Source: Patescibacteria group bacterium
Lineage (GTDB): Bacteria > Patescibacteriota > Microgenomatia > 0-14-0-10-38-17
Assembly (NCBI GenBank): GCA_050947035.1
Contig: JBMNVW010000005.1
Coordinates: forward strand, 1-63,475
Reading direction: 5' to 3'
Length of the DNA stretch: 63,475 nucleotides
Shown: positions 20,644 to 29,698 of the stretch, piece by piece
Layout of the letters: each line of letters starts with the position of its first letter
Position numbering within the stretch: position 1 is the first letter of the stretch
Made by a program: the position numbers and the translations under genes
Notes under the pieces: model-generated
What the model saw: only the letters and a program-made list of their open reading frames with translations
Databases searched by the model: none
Told to the model about the DNA's origin: nothing

Positions 20644-23559
20644 ATGCAAGATAAAATTATTATCCGCGGCGCCCGAGAACACAACCTAAAAAATATTAAT
20701 CTAGAACTGCCCAAAAACAAATTAATTGTTTTTACCGGCCTATCCGGTTCCGGCAAGTCTTCCTTGGCCTTTGACACTCTCTACGCCGAGGGCCAACGCC
20801 GCTATGTTGAGAGTCTAAACACTTACGCCCGTCAGTTTTTGGGGGTAATGGATAAGCCAGACGTTGATATTATTGATGGTTTGTCACCGGCTATTGCCAT
20901 TGACCAAAAAGCCACTTCTAATAACCCCCGTTCCACCGTCGGCACCGTTACCGAAATTTATGATTACCTGCGCATTCTTTATGCTCGAATCGGCCACCCC
21001 CATTGCCCTAAATGCGGCCGGGAAATTTCCCGCCAATCGCCGGAACAAATTATTGGCCAAGTTAAAAACTTGATTGCTCAAAAACTGAAAAATAAATCTT
21101 TGGCCCGGGTTTTTATTCTCTCCCCGCTGGTAAGAGGTAAAAAAGGAGAATTTAGCGGCCTATTTCAAAACTTAATGAAAAAGGGGTTTACCCAGGTGCG
21201 GGTTGATAATCAATTTTTTGATTTAGGCGATGATTTTAACTTGCTAAAAAACAACCAACACAACATTGACGTTGTCGTTGATCGATTAAGCTTTACCAAA
21301 AAAGATTTACAAGAAAAAAGTAACCAACAAAAACGACTGGCTGAGGCAATTCGATCGGCCCTGACCCTTTCTAACGGTCAGGTTGTTGTTTTAGAGATTA
21401 ACGACGCCTCTTTTGAAATGCCCAAAAAACCAAGAAAAACGGTTGATCATCTTTTTTCCGAGCTATTCGCCTGTCCGATATGCAATATTTCCTTCCCTAA
21501 AATTGAGCCTCGAACCTTTTCCTTTAACTCCCCCTTTGGGGCTTGTCCTAAATGTAACGGCATCGGCGCCTTATTGCGCTTTGACCCCAATCTATTTCTT
21601 AACACCAATCTGTCTGTTTCCGAAGGCGGTATTAACCCGATGGTAAAAATTTATTACCAAGACACCTGGTTTGCCCGAATCTTAAGACAAGCAGCTAAAG
21701 AAGAGAACATCCCCTTAAGAAAACCCCTAAAACAATTATCAAAAAAACAAACCAAAAAACTATTATGGGGAACAGGAGAAAAATATTTTCTCGTTTCCGG
21801 CTCAAACCGCCATGGCCAAAAAACTACTATTGAAGAAAAATTTTCCGGCATTATTCCCGAGCTAGAACGACGCTATCAAGAAACTGATTCCGATTTTATC
21901 CGTCACTCATTGGAACAATTTATGATTTATCAAAAATGCCCTCAATGCCAAGGCGATAGATTAAAAGAGCTAGCCTTAAAAATTACCATTAACGGTCAAA
22001 ATATTAGCCAATTAACCGCTTTAAACATCAAAAAAATTCGGGCTTTTCTTAAAGAAATGGTCAAAGCGGCCAGCTCTTCTAAACGAGAAAAGGCAATAAT
22101 CGAGCCGGTTTTAAAAGAAATTAATACTCGATTAAAATTCTTGTCTTCTGTTGGTCTAGATTACCTAACCTTGGATCGAACCACCGGCACCTTGGCCGGC
22201 GGCGAAGCCCAACGAATTCGCCTGGCTTCCCAAATCGGCACCGGCCTAACGGGAGTTTTGTATGTCTTAGACGAACCAACTATCGGTCTTCATCCTCGAG
22301 ATAATGGCCGATTGATTAAAACTTTAAAAAACCTGCGTAATTTGGGCAACACTGTTGTTGTTGTCGAACACGACCGACAAATTATGGAAGAGTCTGACCT
22401 AGTGGTTGATTTTGGCCCTGGAGCCGGCAGCCGGGGAGGACAAATTGTAGCCAAAAACAGCCCGGAAAAATTAAAAACCAACCCTAAATCGCTAACCGGC
22501 CAATACTTATCCGGTAAAAAGAAAATTTCTCTCCAACCAAAAAAACACTCTCCAAACAACAAAACCCTAACCATTGAGGGGTGCTCAGAGCATAATTTAA
22601 AAAACATTAATGTCTCTTTCCCTTTAGGCAAGCTAATTTGCGTTACTGGCGTATCTGGCTCTGGCAAGTCTACCCTAATTAACGAAACTCTTTATCCGGC
22701 TCTAATCAGAGCTTTGGGCAAGACCAGCAAAGAGGCGCCCGGTCAACACAAGAATCTAAAGGGGAGCGAACAAGTGGCCCGCACTTATTTGGTTGACCAA
22801 TCACCCATCGGCCGTACTCCTCGTTCTAATCCCGCTACCTACACCGGGATTTTCACCGATATAAGAGAGCTTTTTGCCCAAACCCCGGAAGCCAAAATCA
22901 GAGGTTACAATATCGGCCAATTTTCTTTCAATACTAAAGGCGGCCGTTGTGAGGCTTGTTCCGGCCATGGCCAGTCAAAAATTGAAATGCAATTTTTACC
23001 TGATGTTTATGTTAAATGCGAGGTCTGCCAGGGTAAACGTTATAATGCTGACACCCTAGAAATTCTTTATAAAGAAAAAAATATTGCCCAAGTTTTAGAT
23101 ATGACTATTGATGAGGCCCAAGAGTTTTTTAAAAATGTTCCCAGCATTAGTAAAAAGCTGGCTGTTTTAATTCAAGTCGGCCTGGGTTATTTAAAATTAG
23201 GTCAACCGGCACCCACTCTTTCCGGCGGCGAAGCCCAAAGAATAAAAATTGCCCACGAATTGGTCAAACAAAGCCCTGAACACATTCTATATATCTTAGA
23301 TGAACCAACAACCGGCCTTCATTTTGCTGATTTGGAAAAACTAACCGCGGTTTTAAGACAGTTAGTAGCCGATAATAATACCGTCATTGTTATTGAGCAC
23401 AACTTAGATCTGGTTAAAAATGCTGACTGGATTATCGATCTAGGACCAGAGGGCGGGGAGAGGGGAGGGGAAATTGTTGCTCAAGGCGACATAAAAAGTA
23501 TTGTCCAAAAAACCCAATCTTACACTGGTCAGTTTTTAAAAAAGGTTTTAGCTGATTAA
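20644..23559 (+). CDS. uvrA: Excinuclease ABC subunit A
   Basis: MQDKIIIRGAREHNLKNI start, two ABC ATPase modules (GLSGSGKSS, GVSGSGKST, LSGGEAQR twice) and zinc-finger Cys clusters. Confidence 0.97.
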   Translation: MQDKIIIRGAREHNLKNINLELPKNKLIVFTGLSGSGKSSLAFDTLYAEGQRRYVESLNTYARQFLGVMDKPDVDIIDGLSPAIAIDQKATSNNPRSTVGTVTEIYDYLRILYARIGHPHCPKCGREISRQSPEQIIGQVKNLIAQKLKNKSLARVFILSPLVRGKKGEFSGLFQNLMKKGFTQVRVDNQFFDLGDDFNLLKNNQHNIDVVVDRLSFTKKDLQEKSNQQKRLAEAIRSALTLSNGQVVVLEINDASFEMPKKPRKTVDHLFSELFACPICNISFPKIEPRTFSFNSPFGACPKCNGIGALLRFDPNLFLNTNLSVSEGGINPMVKIYYQDTWFARILRQAAKEENIPLRKPLKQLSKKQTKKLLWGTGEKYFLVSGSNRHGQKTTIEEKFSGIIPELERRYQETDSDFIRHSLEQFMIYQKCPQCQGDRLKELALKITINGQNISQLTALNIKKIRAFLKEMVKAASSSKREKAIIEPVLKEINTRLKFLSSVGLDYLTLDRTTGTLAGGEAQRIRLASQIGTGLTGVLYVLDEPTIGLHPRDNGRLIKTLKNLRNLGNTVVVVEHDRQIMEESDLVVDFGPGAGSRGGQIVAKNSPEKLKTNPKSLTGQYLSGKKKISLQPKKHSPNNKTLTIEGCSEHNLKNINVSFPLGKLICVTGVSGSGKSTLINETLYPALIRALGKTSKEAPGQHKNLKGSEQVARTYLVDQSPIGRTPRSNPATYTGIFTDIRELFAQTPEAKIRGYNIGQFSFNTKGGRCEACSGHGQSKIEMQFLPDVYVKCEVCQGKRYNADTLEILYKEKNIAQVLDMTIDEAQEFFKNVPSISKKLAVLIQVGLGYLKLGQPAPTLSGGEAQRIKIAHELVKQSPEHILYILDEPTTGLHFADLEKLTAVLRQLVADNNTVIVIEHNLDLVKNADWIIDLGPEGGERGGEIVAQGDIKSIVQKTQSYTGQFLKKVLAD

Positions 23560-23596
23560 TTGAACTACCCGTCTAATCCATGATTAAATAAAGCTT

Positions 23597-25459
23597 ATGT
23601 TGAGATTAGAAAAATTAGTAAAAACTCTCCTCTTTTTTCTGGCTATTTTTCTTCTTTTGCCCGCAAAAACTACCCTAGCCCAAGACGAATTCACCATTAG
23701 CCAAGAAATCGCCTATCAAATAAATCAAGCCGGAGAAGCCCAAATAACTCACGATATTAACATGGTTAATAATTTTTCCAGTATTTATGCCACCCAATAC
23801 TCTTTGACAATCACCGGCAGCCAACTAATAAAAGACATTACCGCTGTTTCCCAAGAGCAAAACCTTAGAACCAGCACCGATCGCTCTAATCGAAACTTAA
23901 CTAAAATTACCGTTTTCTTTGATCCACCTATTACCGGAAAGGATAAGGCAAATCAGTTCAAAATTAGCTATCAAATTGATGGCTTTGTGGAAAATGTCGG
24001 CCAAACCAAGCGAATTACTGTCCCTAAAATTAATAATATTGATCAAACCAACGAAACTAAATTAACTATTATTGTTCCCGATGAATTTGGCCCACTTTCC
24101 TTTATTTCTCCTAAAAATTTTAGGAAAGAGGCTGAAAATAACCAAACTATTATTACCTTTCATCAAACCGATTTATTTGAGAAAGAAGTCATGGCTATAT
24201 TCGGAGATGTTCAATTAATGCAATTTGATTTAAAATATTTTTTGGAAAATCCCACTAAACAAACAGTCCGACAAATTATTGCCCTTCCCCCTGATACCAG
24301 CTACCAAAAAATCTTTTTGACTGACCTTGACCCTCAGCCAGAAAAAGTGGTTATTGATGATGACGGCAATTGGCTGGCCCACTTTCTCTTAGAGCCAGAA
24401 GAAGTCATTAACATTACCGCCCAAGGGGTCGCCCAAATTACCGCCGAACCCAAAAACAGTCCTCTTGAACCAGAAGACTTTTCCCTTTATTTAAAAGAGG
24501 ATCGTTATTGGGAAACAAACAATGAAAAAATTAAATCCTTGGCTAAAAATTTAAAAACAGCTGACCAAATTTATCATTACGTTGTCAATAACCTCCAATA
24601 TAATTTAGACCGAGTTAAAAATAGGCAAATTGACCGCCAAGGAGCGCTGTTGGCCCTAGAAAACCCTGATCAGGCCATTTGTACTGAATTTACCGATTTG
24701 TTTATTGCTTTGGCCCGGGCGGCGGGAATTCCCGCCCGAGAAATAAACGGCTACGCCTATTCGGCTAACCCACAAATACTCCCCTCAACCCTTTATGCTG
24801 ATGTTTTACATTCTTGGCCGGAATATTGGGACAACAACACAAACACCTGGCGCCAAGTTGACCCCACCTGGGAATCAACCAGCAATATTGATTACTTCAA
24901 TAAAATGGATATGGCTCACTTGGCCTTTGTTATTCACGGAAAGAATAGCCAATCTCCTTTACCGGCCGGTGCTTATCAAAGAGAAAAAGAACACCAAAAA
25001 AGCGTTAATATTGCTTTTAGTCAAAACTTACCCAATCTAGAAACCAAGAAGCTTGTTGTTGATTCTAACTTAGCCAAAGAGGTAGCCATTGGCCAAAACC
25101 TAAGCGGAGAAATTATTATCACCAACCCCAATAATCGAGCCTTTTACCAGATTGAAGTCGAAATAGCCGGCCAGGGGTTAGGTGTTAGTCCTAAAAAAAC
25201 TCTTATTAACGCTTTACCACCCTGGGGTGAAATAGAAATTCCTCTGGTTGTTTATGGTCAATCATTTTGGGGCCAAACCGACAGCCATTTACTGGTTGAT
25301 ATTAGTAATGATAATTTCAACAACCAAGAAACTATTTCCATCAAAAGCCTGTCACCAATCAGTTGGCAAAGCCTAGTTCGTTATTGGTATTTCCTCTTAA
25401 CCGGTATTATCTTATTAACTGTCAGCGGCTTTATTATCGGCAAAAAAATTAAAAAATGA
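23597..25459 (+). CDS. Transglutaminase-like domain protein (secreted, C-terminal TM anchor)
   Basis: Signal peptide, transglutaminase core (AICTEFTDLFIALARAAGIPAREINGYAY ... HSWPEYWD ... VDPTW) and a C-terminal TM helix. Confidence 0.8.
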   Translation: MLRLEKLVKTLLFFLAIFLLLPAKTTLAQDEFTISQEIAYQINQAGEAQITHDINMVNNFSSIYATQYSLTITGSQLIKDITAVSQEQNLRTSTDRSNRNLTKITVFFDPPITGKDKANQFKISYQIDGFVENVGQTKRITVPKINNIDQTNETKLTIIVPDEFGPLSFISPKNFRKEAENNQTIITFHQTDLFEKEVMAIFGDVQLMQFDLKYFLENPTKQTVRQIIALPPDTSYQKIFLTDLDPQPEKVVIDDDGNWLAHFLLEPEEVINITAQGVAQITAEPKNSPLEPEDFSLYLKEDRYWETNNEKIKSLAKNLKTADQIYHYVVNNLQYNLDRVKNRQIDRQGALLALENPDQAICTEFTDLFIALARAAGIPAREINGYAYSANPQILPSTLYADVLHSWPEYWDNNTNTWRQVDPTWESTSNIDYFNKMDMAHLAFVIHGKNSQSPLPAGAYQREKEHQKSVNIAFSQNLPNLETKKLVVDSNLAKEVAIGQNLSGEIIITNPNNRAFYQIEVEIAGQGLGVSPKKTLINALPPWGEIEIPLVVYGQSFWGQTDSHLLVDISNDNFNNQETISIKSLSPISWQSLVRYWYFLLTGIILLTVSGFIIGKKIKK

Positions 25460-26745
25460 TCAATAAGCAAGAAATAGATTTAAAGAAATTTACTCCTAAA
25501 AAAATCCCCCAAAAATCAGGAGCTTATCTTTTCCTTAACAAAAATAAACAGCCAATTTACATTGGCAAAGCGGCTAATTTGCGCTCTCGCTTATCAAGCT
25601 ACTTTCAAAAAAATATCACTAAAAAAACCGGCCAAATTATAAAAAATGCCAAAACGGTTAAGTTTTTTATTACCAAATCAGATTTTGCTGCCTTGCTTTT
25701 GGAGGCTAAATTAATTAACCAATATCAGCCCAAATATAACGTAGTTTTAAAAGATGATAAGCGTTACCTTTATATCAAAATTACTCAAGAAGACTTTCCT
25801 CAAATTGGCACTGCCAGAAAGACTACACCTGGAGCCACGCTTTTTGGCCCCTTTCCTTCAGCTAAAACCGTTCGTTTCATCTTAAAACAAATTCGAACCA
25901 TTTTCCCTTATCGGTCTTGTCGGAAAATACCCTCAAAAGCTTGCCTCTATTATCATCTTGGCCTTTGTCCGGCCCCGTGTATTAATAACAACCCAAAAGA
26001 TAGAAAAGACTATCAAAAACAAATCGAAAAAATTAAAAAAATCCTTTCCGGACAAAGCCAATCAATTATTGACCAATACCAAAAAATAATGAAACAGGCC
26101 GCCCAAAAAGAAAATTATGAAACGGCCCAAAAAGCAAAAAAGATTGTCGATGGTTTGATCTTTTTAACTCAACAACGAGTCGACCCTAATCTTTTTTTGG
26201 CCGGTCCTGATCGGCAACTAGATTATCAAAGTCGTCTCAAAACCCTAAAAAAACTTCTTAATAATTACTTTGATTTAAAAAGCCTAAAAAGAATTGAGGC
26301 CTATGATATTGCCAATCTTTCCGGCCAAGAAGCGACCGGATCAATGGTGGTTTTTTCTGACGGCCAGGCAGACACCGGTCAATATCGGCAATTTAAAATT
26401 AAACAATCTGGCCCCAACGATCCAAAAATGATCGCCGAAACGATAGATCGACGGCTAGGCCATCCCGAATGGCCATATCCCAATTTAATCGTTGTTGATG
26501 GCGGCAAACCGCAATTAGGAGCCGTTGAGCAGGTTTTTAAAAAGAAAAAAGTTAATCTTCCTCTTTTGGGCTTGGCTAAAGAAGAAGAAAAGATTATTAT
26601 TAAAAAGGGGAGAGGGTATCAAACAATTTCTTTAAGTAATAAAAATCCCGCTCGCCTGCTCTTACAGGCCATAAGAGACGAGGCCCATCGTTTTGCTCAA
26701 AAATATCATCACTATTTAAGAAAAAATAAAATAAAATATGATTAA
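25456..26745 (+). CDS. uvrC: Excinuclease ABC subunit C, short form (no C-terminal helix-hairpin-helix pair visible)
   Basis: GIY-YIG (GAYLFLNKNKQPIYIGKAANLRSRL), a UVR domain (ENYETAQKAKKI) and an RNase-H-like endonuclease region (IEAYDIANLSG ... VVDGGKPQL). Only 429 aa. ATGA overlap with the upstream gene. Confidence 0.9.
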   Translation: MINKQEIDLKKFTPKKIPQKSGAYLFLNKNKQPIYIGKAANLRSRLSSYFQKNITKKTGQIIKNAKTVKFFITKSDFAALLLEAKLINQYQPKYNVVLKDDKRYLYIKITQEDFPQIGTARKTTPGATLFGPFPSAKTVRFILKQIRTIFPYRSCRKIPSKACLYYHLGLCPAPCINNNPKDRKDYQKQIEKIKKILSGQSQSIIDQYQKIMKQAAQKENYETAQKAKKIVDGLIFLTQQRVDPNLFLAGPDRQLDYQSRLKTLKKLLNNYFDLKSLKRIEAYDIANLSGQEATGSMVVFSDGQADTGQYRQFKIKQSGPNDPKMIAETIDRRLGHPEWPYPNLIVVDGGKPQLGAVEQVFKKKKVNLPLLGLAKEEEKIIIKKGRGYQTISLSNKNPARLLLQAIRDEAHRFAQKYHHYLRKNKIKYD

Positions 26746-27142
26746 ACTAATTAAAAAGTGGCTCTTCTTGATTGGTCTTGTTTATTTATCTTCTCTTGTT
26801 GTGGGCAATGTTGGTTTTGAAAAAAACTTTACCACTATCACCATTCTGGCTTTGTTAATAATGTTTATCCAATGGCTTTTTGGACCCCTAGAAAGGACCC
26901 TTCTTGAGCCGCTAAATAAAATTAGTCTTGGCCTAGCTGGACCAATCGCCTATGTTTTGGCTATTTGTTTTATCTCTTTTTCCTTTAATCAAGTTAATTT
27001 CAGTATTTTTACCAATCAAAACTTGCCGAAGTGGTTAAATAATTTTGCTCCTCAAGTTTATTTGGCTGGTTTCTGGTCTTTATTACCGTTTTCAGCTATA
27101 ATAGGGATCATTGATTGCCTGCTAATTAAGTCTAAAAAATGA
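26738..27142 (+). CDS. Hypothetical integral membrane protein
   Basis: 134 aa with 4 predicted hydrophobic helices. Overlaps both neighbours (operon-like). Confidence 0.5.
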   Translation: MIKLIKKWLFLIGLVYLSSLVVGNVGFEKNFTTITILALLIMFIQWLFGPLERTLLEPLNKISLGLAGPIAYVLAICFISFSFNQVNFSIFTNQNLPKWLNNFAPQVYLAGFWSLLPFSAIIGIIDCLLIKSKK

Positions 27143-27348
27143 CTCTTATCCTAAACATCATTCAAATAATTGTCTCCCTTTTGCTGATTGCCATTATTTT
27201 ATTTACTGTTCGCGGGGGCGGCTTTTCTCAAGGCGCCATAAGCAACCCACCAACTAAAACCGGCAGTGAAAAAATAATTTTTTATAGCCTCATTGTTTTG
27301 GCAATTATATTTGCCACTCTCTCAATCACTCGACTATATTTCTTTTAA
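27139..27348 (+). CDS. secG: Preprotein translocase subunit SecG-like
   Basis: 69 aa with two TM helices separated by a Gly-rich loop (LLLIAIILFTVRGGGFSQG). Confidence 0.5.
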   Translation: MTLILNIIQIIVSLLLIAIILFTVRGGGFSQGAISNPPTKTGSEKIIFYSLIVLAIIFATLSITRLYFF

Positions 27349-27366
27349 TCGTTATTTTTCTCAAAA

Positions 27367-28734
27367 ATGGCAACTGAAAAAAGGCGTTTTCGCTTTTATT
27401 GGCACCTATCTTGGGAATTTCTAAAACGCCATCGAGCTATTTTTATTGGCCTGATTATTTTGGCCGGGTTAACATTTTTTTTAGATCTTAAGTTTAGTTT
27501 TTTTCAAAGGCAAACTTTGCGTCTTGGTCTGACCGGCCAATATAAAACCCACACCCTTCCTCAAGAAATAACCAAATTAATCAGCCAGGGACTAGTTGAG
27601 GTTAACCCTGACGGCAGCTTCTCTCCGGCGGCAGCTCGAGATTGGCAAATTAATAATGATGGTAAAGAATATATCTTTTGGCTTCGAGATGATCTGGTTT
27701 GGGATGATGGCCGATCACTAACAGCCGATGATATTAACTACTCTTATCAAGACTTATCCGTTACTGTTCAAGATAAAAACACCCTAATAATCAGACTAAA
27801 AGAAAAATTTTCTCCTCTTTTAACTCTTTTGTCCCGGCCTATTTTTAAAAAAAACTTGGTCGGCCTGGGTGGTAATTATCGAGCTAAAAAAATTACTTAC
27901 CAAGGCAGTTTTATTAATTCTATTAACCTTGAGCCAAAAAAAGATCAGCCATTTATAAAAATCATTTTTTATCCTGACGAAAAATCACTAAGAAACGCCT
28001 TTAAACTTGGAGAAATTGACATTGTTTGGGGGGTAGCCGATCCGGGCCAATTAGTTTATTATCCCAACATTAAAACTCATACCGAGCTGACTAGTCAACA
28101 ATACAACGCCATCTTTTTTAATCTTGATGATGATCTATTAGGCTTTAAGCCTTTACGCCAAGTTCTTTCTTATGCTACACCAAAACCTCAAGGTAAATCA
28201 CGAGCGAAGGGGCCAATTAGCCCTGATTCTTGGGCCTATAACGATTTTGTCAAAACTTATGACCTTGATTTAGTTCATGCTCGACAACTTTTGGAAGACA
28301 ACAAAGAAGAACTGCCTGAAGAAATTGAAATCACCTTAACCACCCTGCCTCATTTGCTTGAAATAGCGGAAAAAACTAAAAATTCTTGGGAAGAAGTTGG
28401 CATTAAAACTAACATTCAAGTGGTTAGCTTTATTCCCGACAATTTCCAGGCCCTATTAATTACCCAAAGTGTTCCTCAAGATCCAGACCAATATTGGTTT
28501 TGGCATTCTTCCCAAGTCCAAACTAACCTAACTCGTCTGGGTAATTTAAGAATTGATCAGCTATTAGAGGAGGGAAGACAAACTATGGATATTAAAGAAA
28601 GACGAGAGAAATATCTTGATTTTCAAAGGTTTTTATTAGAGGAGTCACCGGCCATATTTATTTCTTATCCCACTTATCACTACATTTACCGCCAGGGTTT
28701 TGAAAACGCCCAAATACCGTTATATAATAGGTAA
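27367..28734 (+). CDS. ABC-transporter substrate-binding protein, family 5 (peptide/nickel type), orphan
   Basis: 455 aa with an N-terminal TM/signal anchor and SBP_bac_5-like blocks (GLVEVNPDGSFSPAAARDW..DGKEYIFWLRDDLVWDDG..LTADD). No permease or ATPase genes adjacent. Confidence 0.7.
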   Translation: MATEKRRFRFYWHLSWEFLKRHRAIFIGLIILAGLTFFLDLKFSFFQRQTLRLGLTGQYKTHTLPQEITKLISQGLVEVNPDGSFSPAAARDWQINNDGKEYIFWLRDDLVWDDGRSLTADDINYSYQDLSVTVQDKNTLIIRLKEKFSPLLTLLSRPIFKKNLVGLGGNYRAKKITYQGSFINSINLEPKKDQPFIKIIFYPDEKSLRNAFKLGEIDIVWGVADPGQLVYYPNIKTHTELTSQQYNAIFFNLDDDLLGFKPLRQVLSYATPKPQGKSRAKGPISPDSWAYNDFVKTYDLDLVHARQLLEDNKEELPEEIEITLTTLPHLLEIAEKTKNSWEEVGIKTNIQVVSFIPDNFQALLITQSVPQDPDQYWFWHSSQVQTNLTRLGNLRIDQLLEEGRQTMDIKERREKYLDFQRFLLEESPAIFISYPTYHYIYRQGFENAQIPLYNR

Positions 28735-28771
28735 GGCCAAATTGGTGCTCTTTGATATTACTCGATTTTGG

Positions 28772-28856
28772 GCCGAAGTGGCGGAACTGGCAGACGCGTA
28801 CGGTTCAGGGCCGTATGGACTCTAAGTCCATGTGGGTTCAATTCCCACCTTCGGCA
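28772..28856 (+). tRNA. tRNA-Leu(CAG)
   Basis: Cloverleaf by hand: acceptor GCCGAAG/CTTCGGC, anticodon arm TACGG-TTCAGGG-CCGTA, long variable arm GGAC..GTCC, T-arm GTGGG-TTCAATT-CCCAC. CCA is not encoded. Confidence 0.9.
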
Positions 28857-28878
28857 CACTACATTATAATAAACTATT

Positions 28879-29055
28879 GAGCGGACGTGTCCCGCCTAAA
28901 ACGGCGGGCAGGTGGAACTTGAAGCGAAGTGAAATCCGCCTATAATCGCAGCATAAGGCGTGAGTGAATAACTCCCCAAAGCCGCATGCTAAGATATGGC
29001 GGAGGCAAAAAATAAAGCTTTAGTTGGTATTTAACAAATTATCGAGCGGACGTGT
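28879..29055 (+). other. 12-nt direct repeat (5' end of tRNA-Leu(GAG)) bracketing a 153-nt GC-rich structured spacer
   Basis: GAGCGGACGTGT occurs at 28879-28890 and 29044-29055. The spacer holds hairpins CCCGCC-TAAAAC-GGCGGG and GGTGGA..TCCGCC, plus GGCGGA able to compete for TCCGCC. Confidence 0.6.
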
Positions 29056-29132
29056 TGGAACTGGCAGACAAGCAAGCTTGAGGAGCTTGTGGGCGCAAGC
29101 CCGTGGAGGTTCAAATCCTCTCGTCCGCACCA
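29046..29132 (+). tRNA. tRNA-Leu(GAG), CCA encoded
   Basis: Acceptor GCGGACG/CGTCCGC, anticodon arm CAAGC-TTGAGGA-GCTTG, variable arm GGGC..GCCC, T-arm GGAGG-TTCAAAT-CCTCT, then ACCA. Confidence 0.9.
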
Positions 29133-29267
29133 GAAAAGAGAGGATGCAGAACCTCCAAAAAAAATTCTGATCTTGGAGATTTTAACCGACAGTCGTGCTG
29201 TTGGTATACCAGTAGACGAGGGGAAAAAGACGGTTCGTGTCGTCTTCAAATCCTCTCGTCCGCACCA
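29133..29267 (+). repeat. tRNA-linked element, copy A (ends in a 23-nt duplicate of the tRNA-Leu(GAG) 3' end)
   Basis: Hairpin GAGG-ATGCAGAA-CCTC mimics the Leu T-stem. Conserved blocks AAAATTCTGAT, GACAGTCGTGCTGTT and GACGGTTCGTGTCGTC follow. It ends with TTCAAATCCTCTCGTCCGCACCA (29245-29267), identical to 29110-29132. Confidence 0.75.
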
Positions 29268-29282
29268 TTTATTTTATTGTTT

Positions 29283-29356
29283 GGATCCGTAGCTCAGTTG
29301 GCTAGAGCGCCCGGTTTACATCCGGAAGGTCACAGGTTCAAGTCCTGTCGGATCCA
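29283..29356 (+). tRNA. tRNA-Val(TAC)
   Basis: Acceptor GGATCCG/CGGATCC, D-arm AGCTCAGTTGGCTAGAGC, anticodon loop TTTACAT, T-arm ACAGG-TTCAAGT-CCTGT. Confidence 0.9.
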
Positions 29357-29382
29357 CAAAACATGATAAAATAGGATTGTTT

Positions 29383-29455
29383 GCCAGGGTAGCCAAGGTG
29401 GTCACGGCGCGTGTCTGAAAAACATGAGATCCCGGCTCAACTCCGGGCCCTGGCA
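29383..29455 (+). tRNA. tRNA-Phe(GAA) with an atypical T-loop
   Basis: Acceptor GCCAGGG/CCCTGGC, anticodon arm CGTGT-CTGAAAA-ACATG, T-arm CCCGG-CTCAACT-CCGGG (C instead of T at loop position 1). Confidence 0.75.
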
Positions 29456-29464
29456 CTTATTTTT

Positions 29465-29536
29465 GCGGCGGTAGTTCAGTGGTAGAATACCTCCTTGCCA
29501 AGGAGAAGGTCGCCGGTTCAAGTCCGGTCCGCCGCT
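29465..29536 (+). tRNA. tRNA-Gly(GCC)
   Basis: Acceptor GCGGCGG/CCGCCGC, anticodon loop TTGCCAA, T-arm GCCGG-TTCAAGT-CCGGT. Confidence 0.9.
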
Positions 29537-29626
29537 CAAAAAATATCAGCGCCAAGTCAGACTTGGCTACTCCAAACAAAGAAATAGCGAACTTTAGTTC
29601 GCGCCAAAAAAATTTTCTTTAATTAT

Positions 29627-29698
29627 TGGGGAGTAGTGTAATGGTAACACGCCAGTCTTTGGAACTGGTTACTCTAGGTTCGAATCCTAGCTCCCCAA
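29627..29698 (+). tRNA. tRNA-Gln(TTG)
   Basis: Acceptor TGGGGAG/CTCCCCA (U1-A72 as in bacterial Gln), anticodon arm CCAGT-CTTTGGA-ACTGG, T-arm CTAGG-TTCGAAT-CCTAG. Confidence 0.9.

Noticed and set aside
3350-22667. Many antisense or out-of-frame shadow ORFs inside strong genes (e.g. 3350..3601, 4154..4516, 6494..6802, 7973..8347, 13494..13808, 17059..17421, 17766..18053, 20157..20366, 22290..22667)
   Set aside because: Each lies entirely within a well-supported conserved gene on the other strand or frame, and each has biased, repetitive composition.
28881-29267. tmRNA or a permuted/split tRNA spanning the duplicated tRNA-Leu ends
   Set aside because: The acceptor stem has G3-C70, not the G-U alanine identity pair. 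There is no tag-peptide reading frame with a resume codon. The outer fragments alone lack D and anticodon arms, and the inner tRNA-Leu(GAG) is complete on its own.
29031-29366. Track ORFs 29031..29249(-), 29089..29292(+), 29103..29366(+)
   Set aside because: They run across tRNA genes and the tRNA-linked element, and their translations are low-complexity. They are better explained by RNA features.
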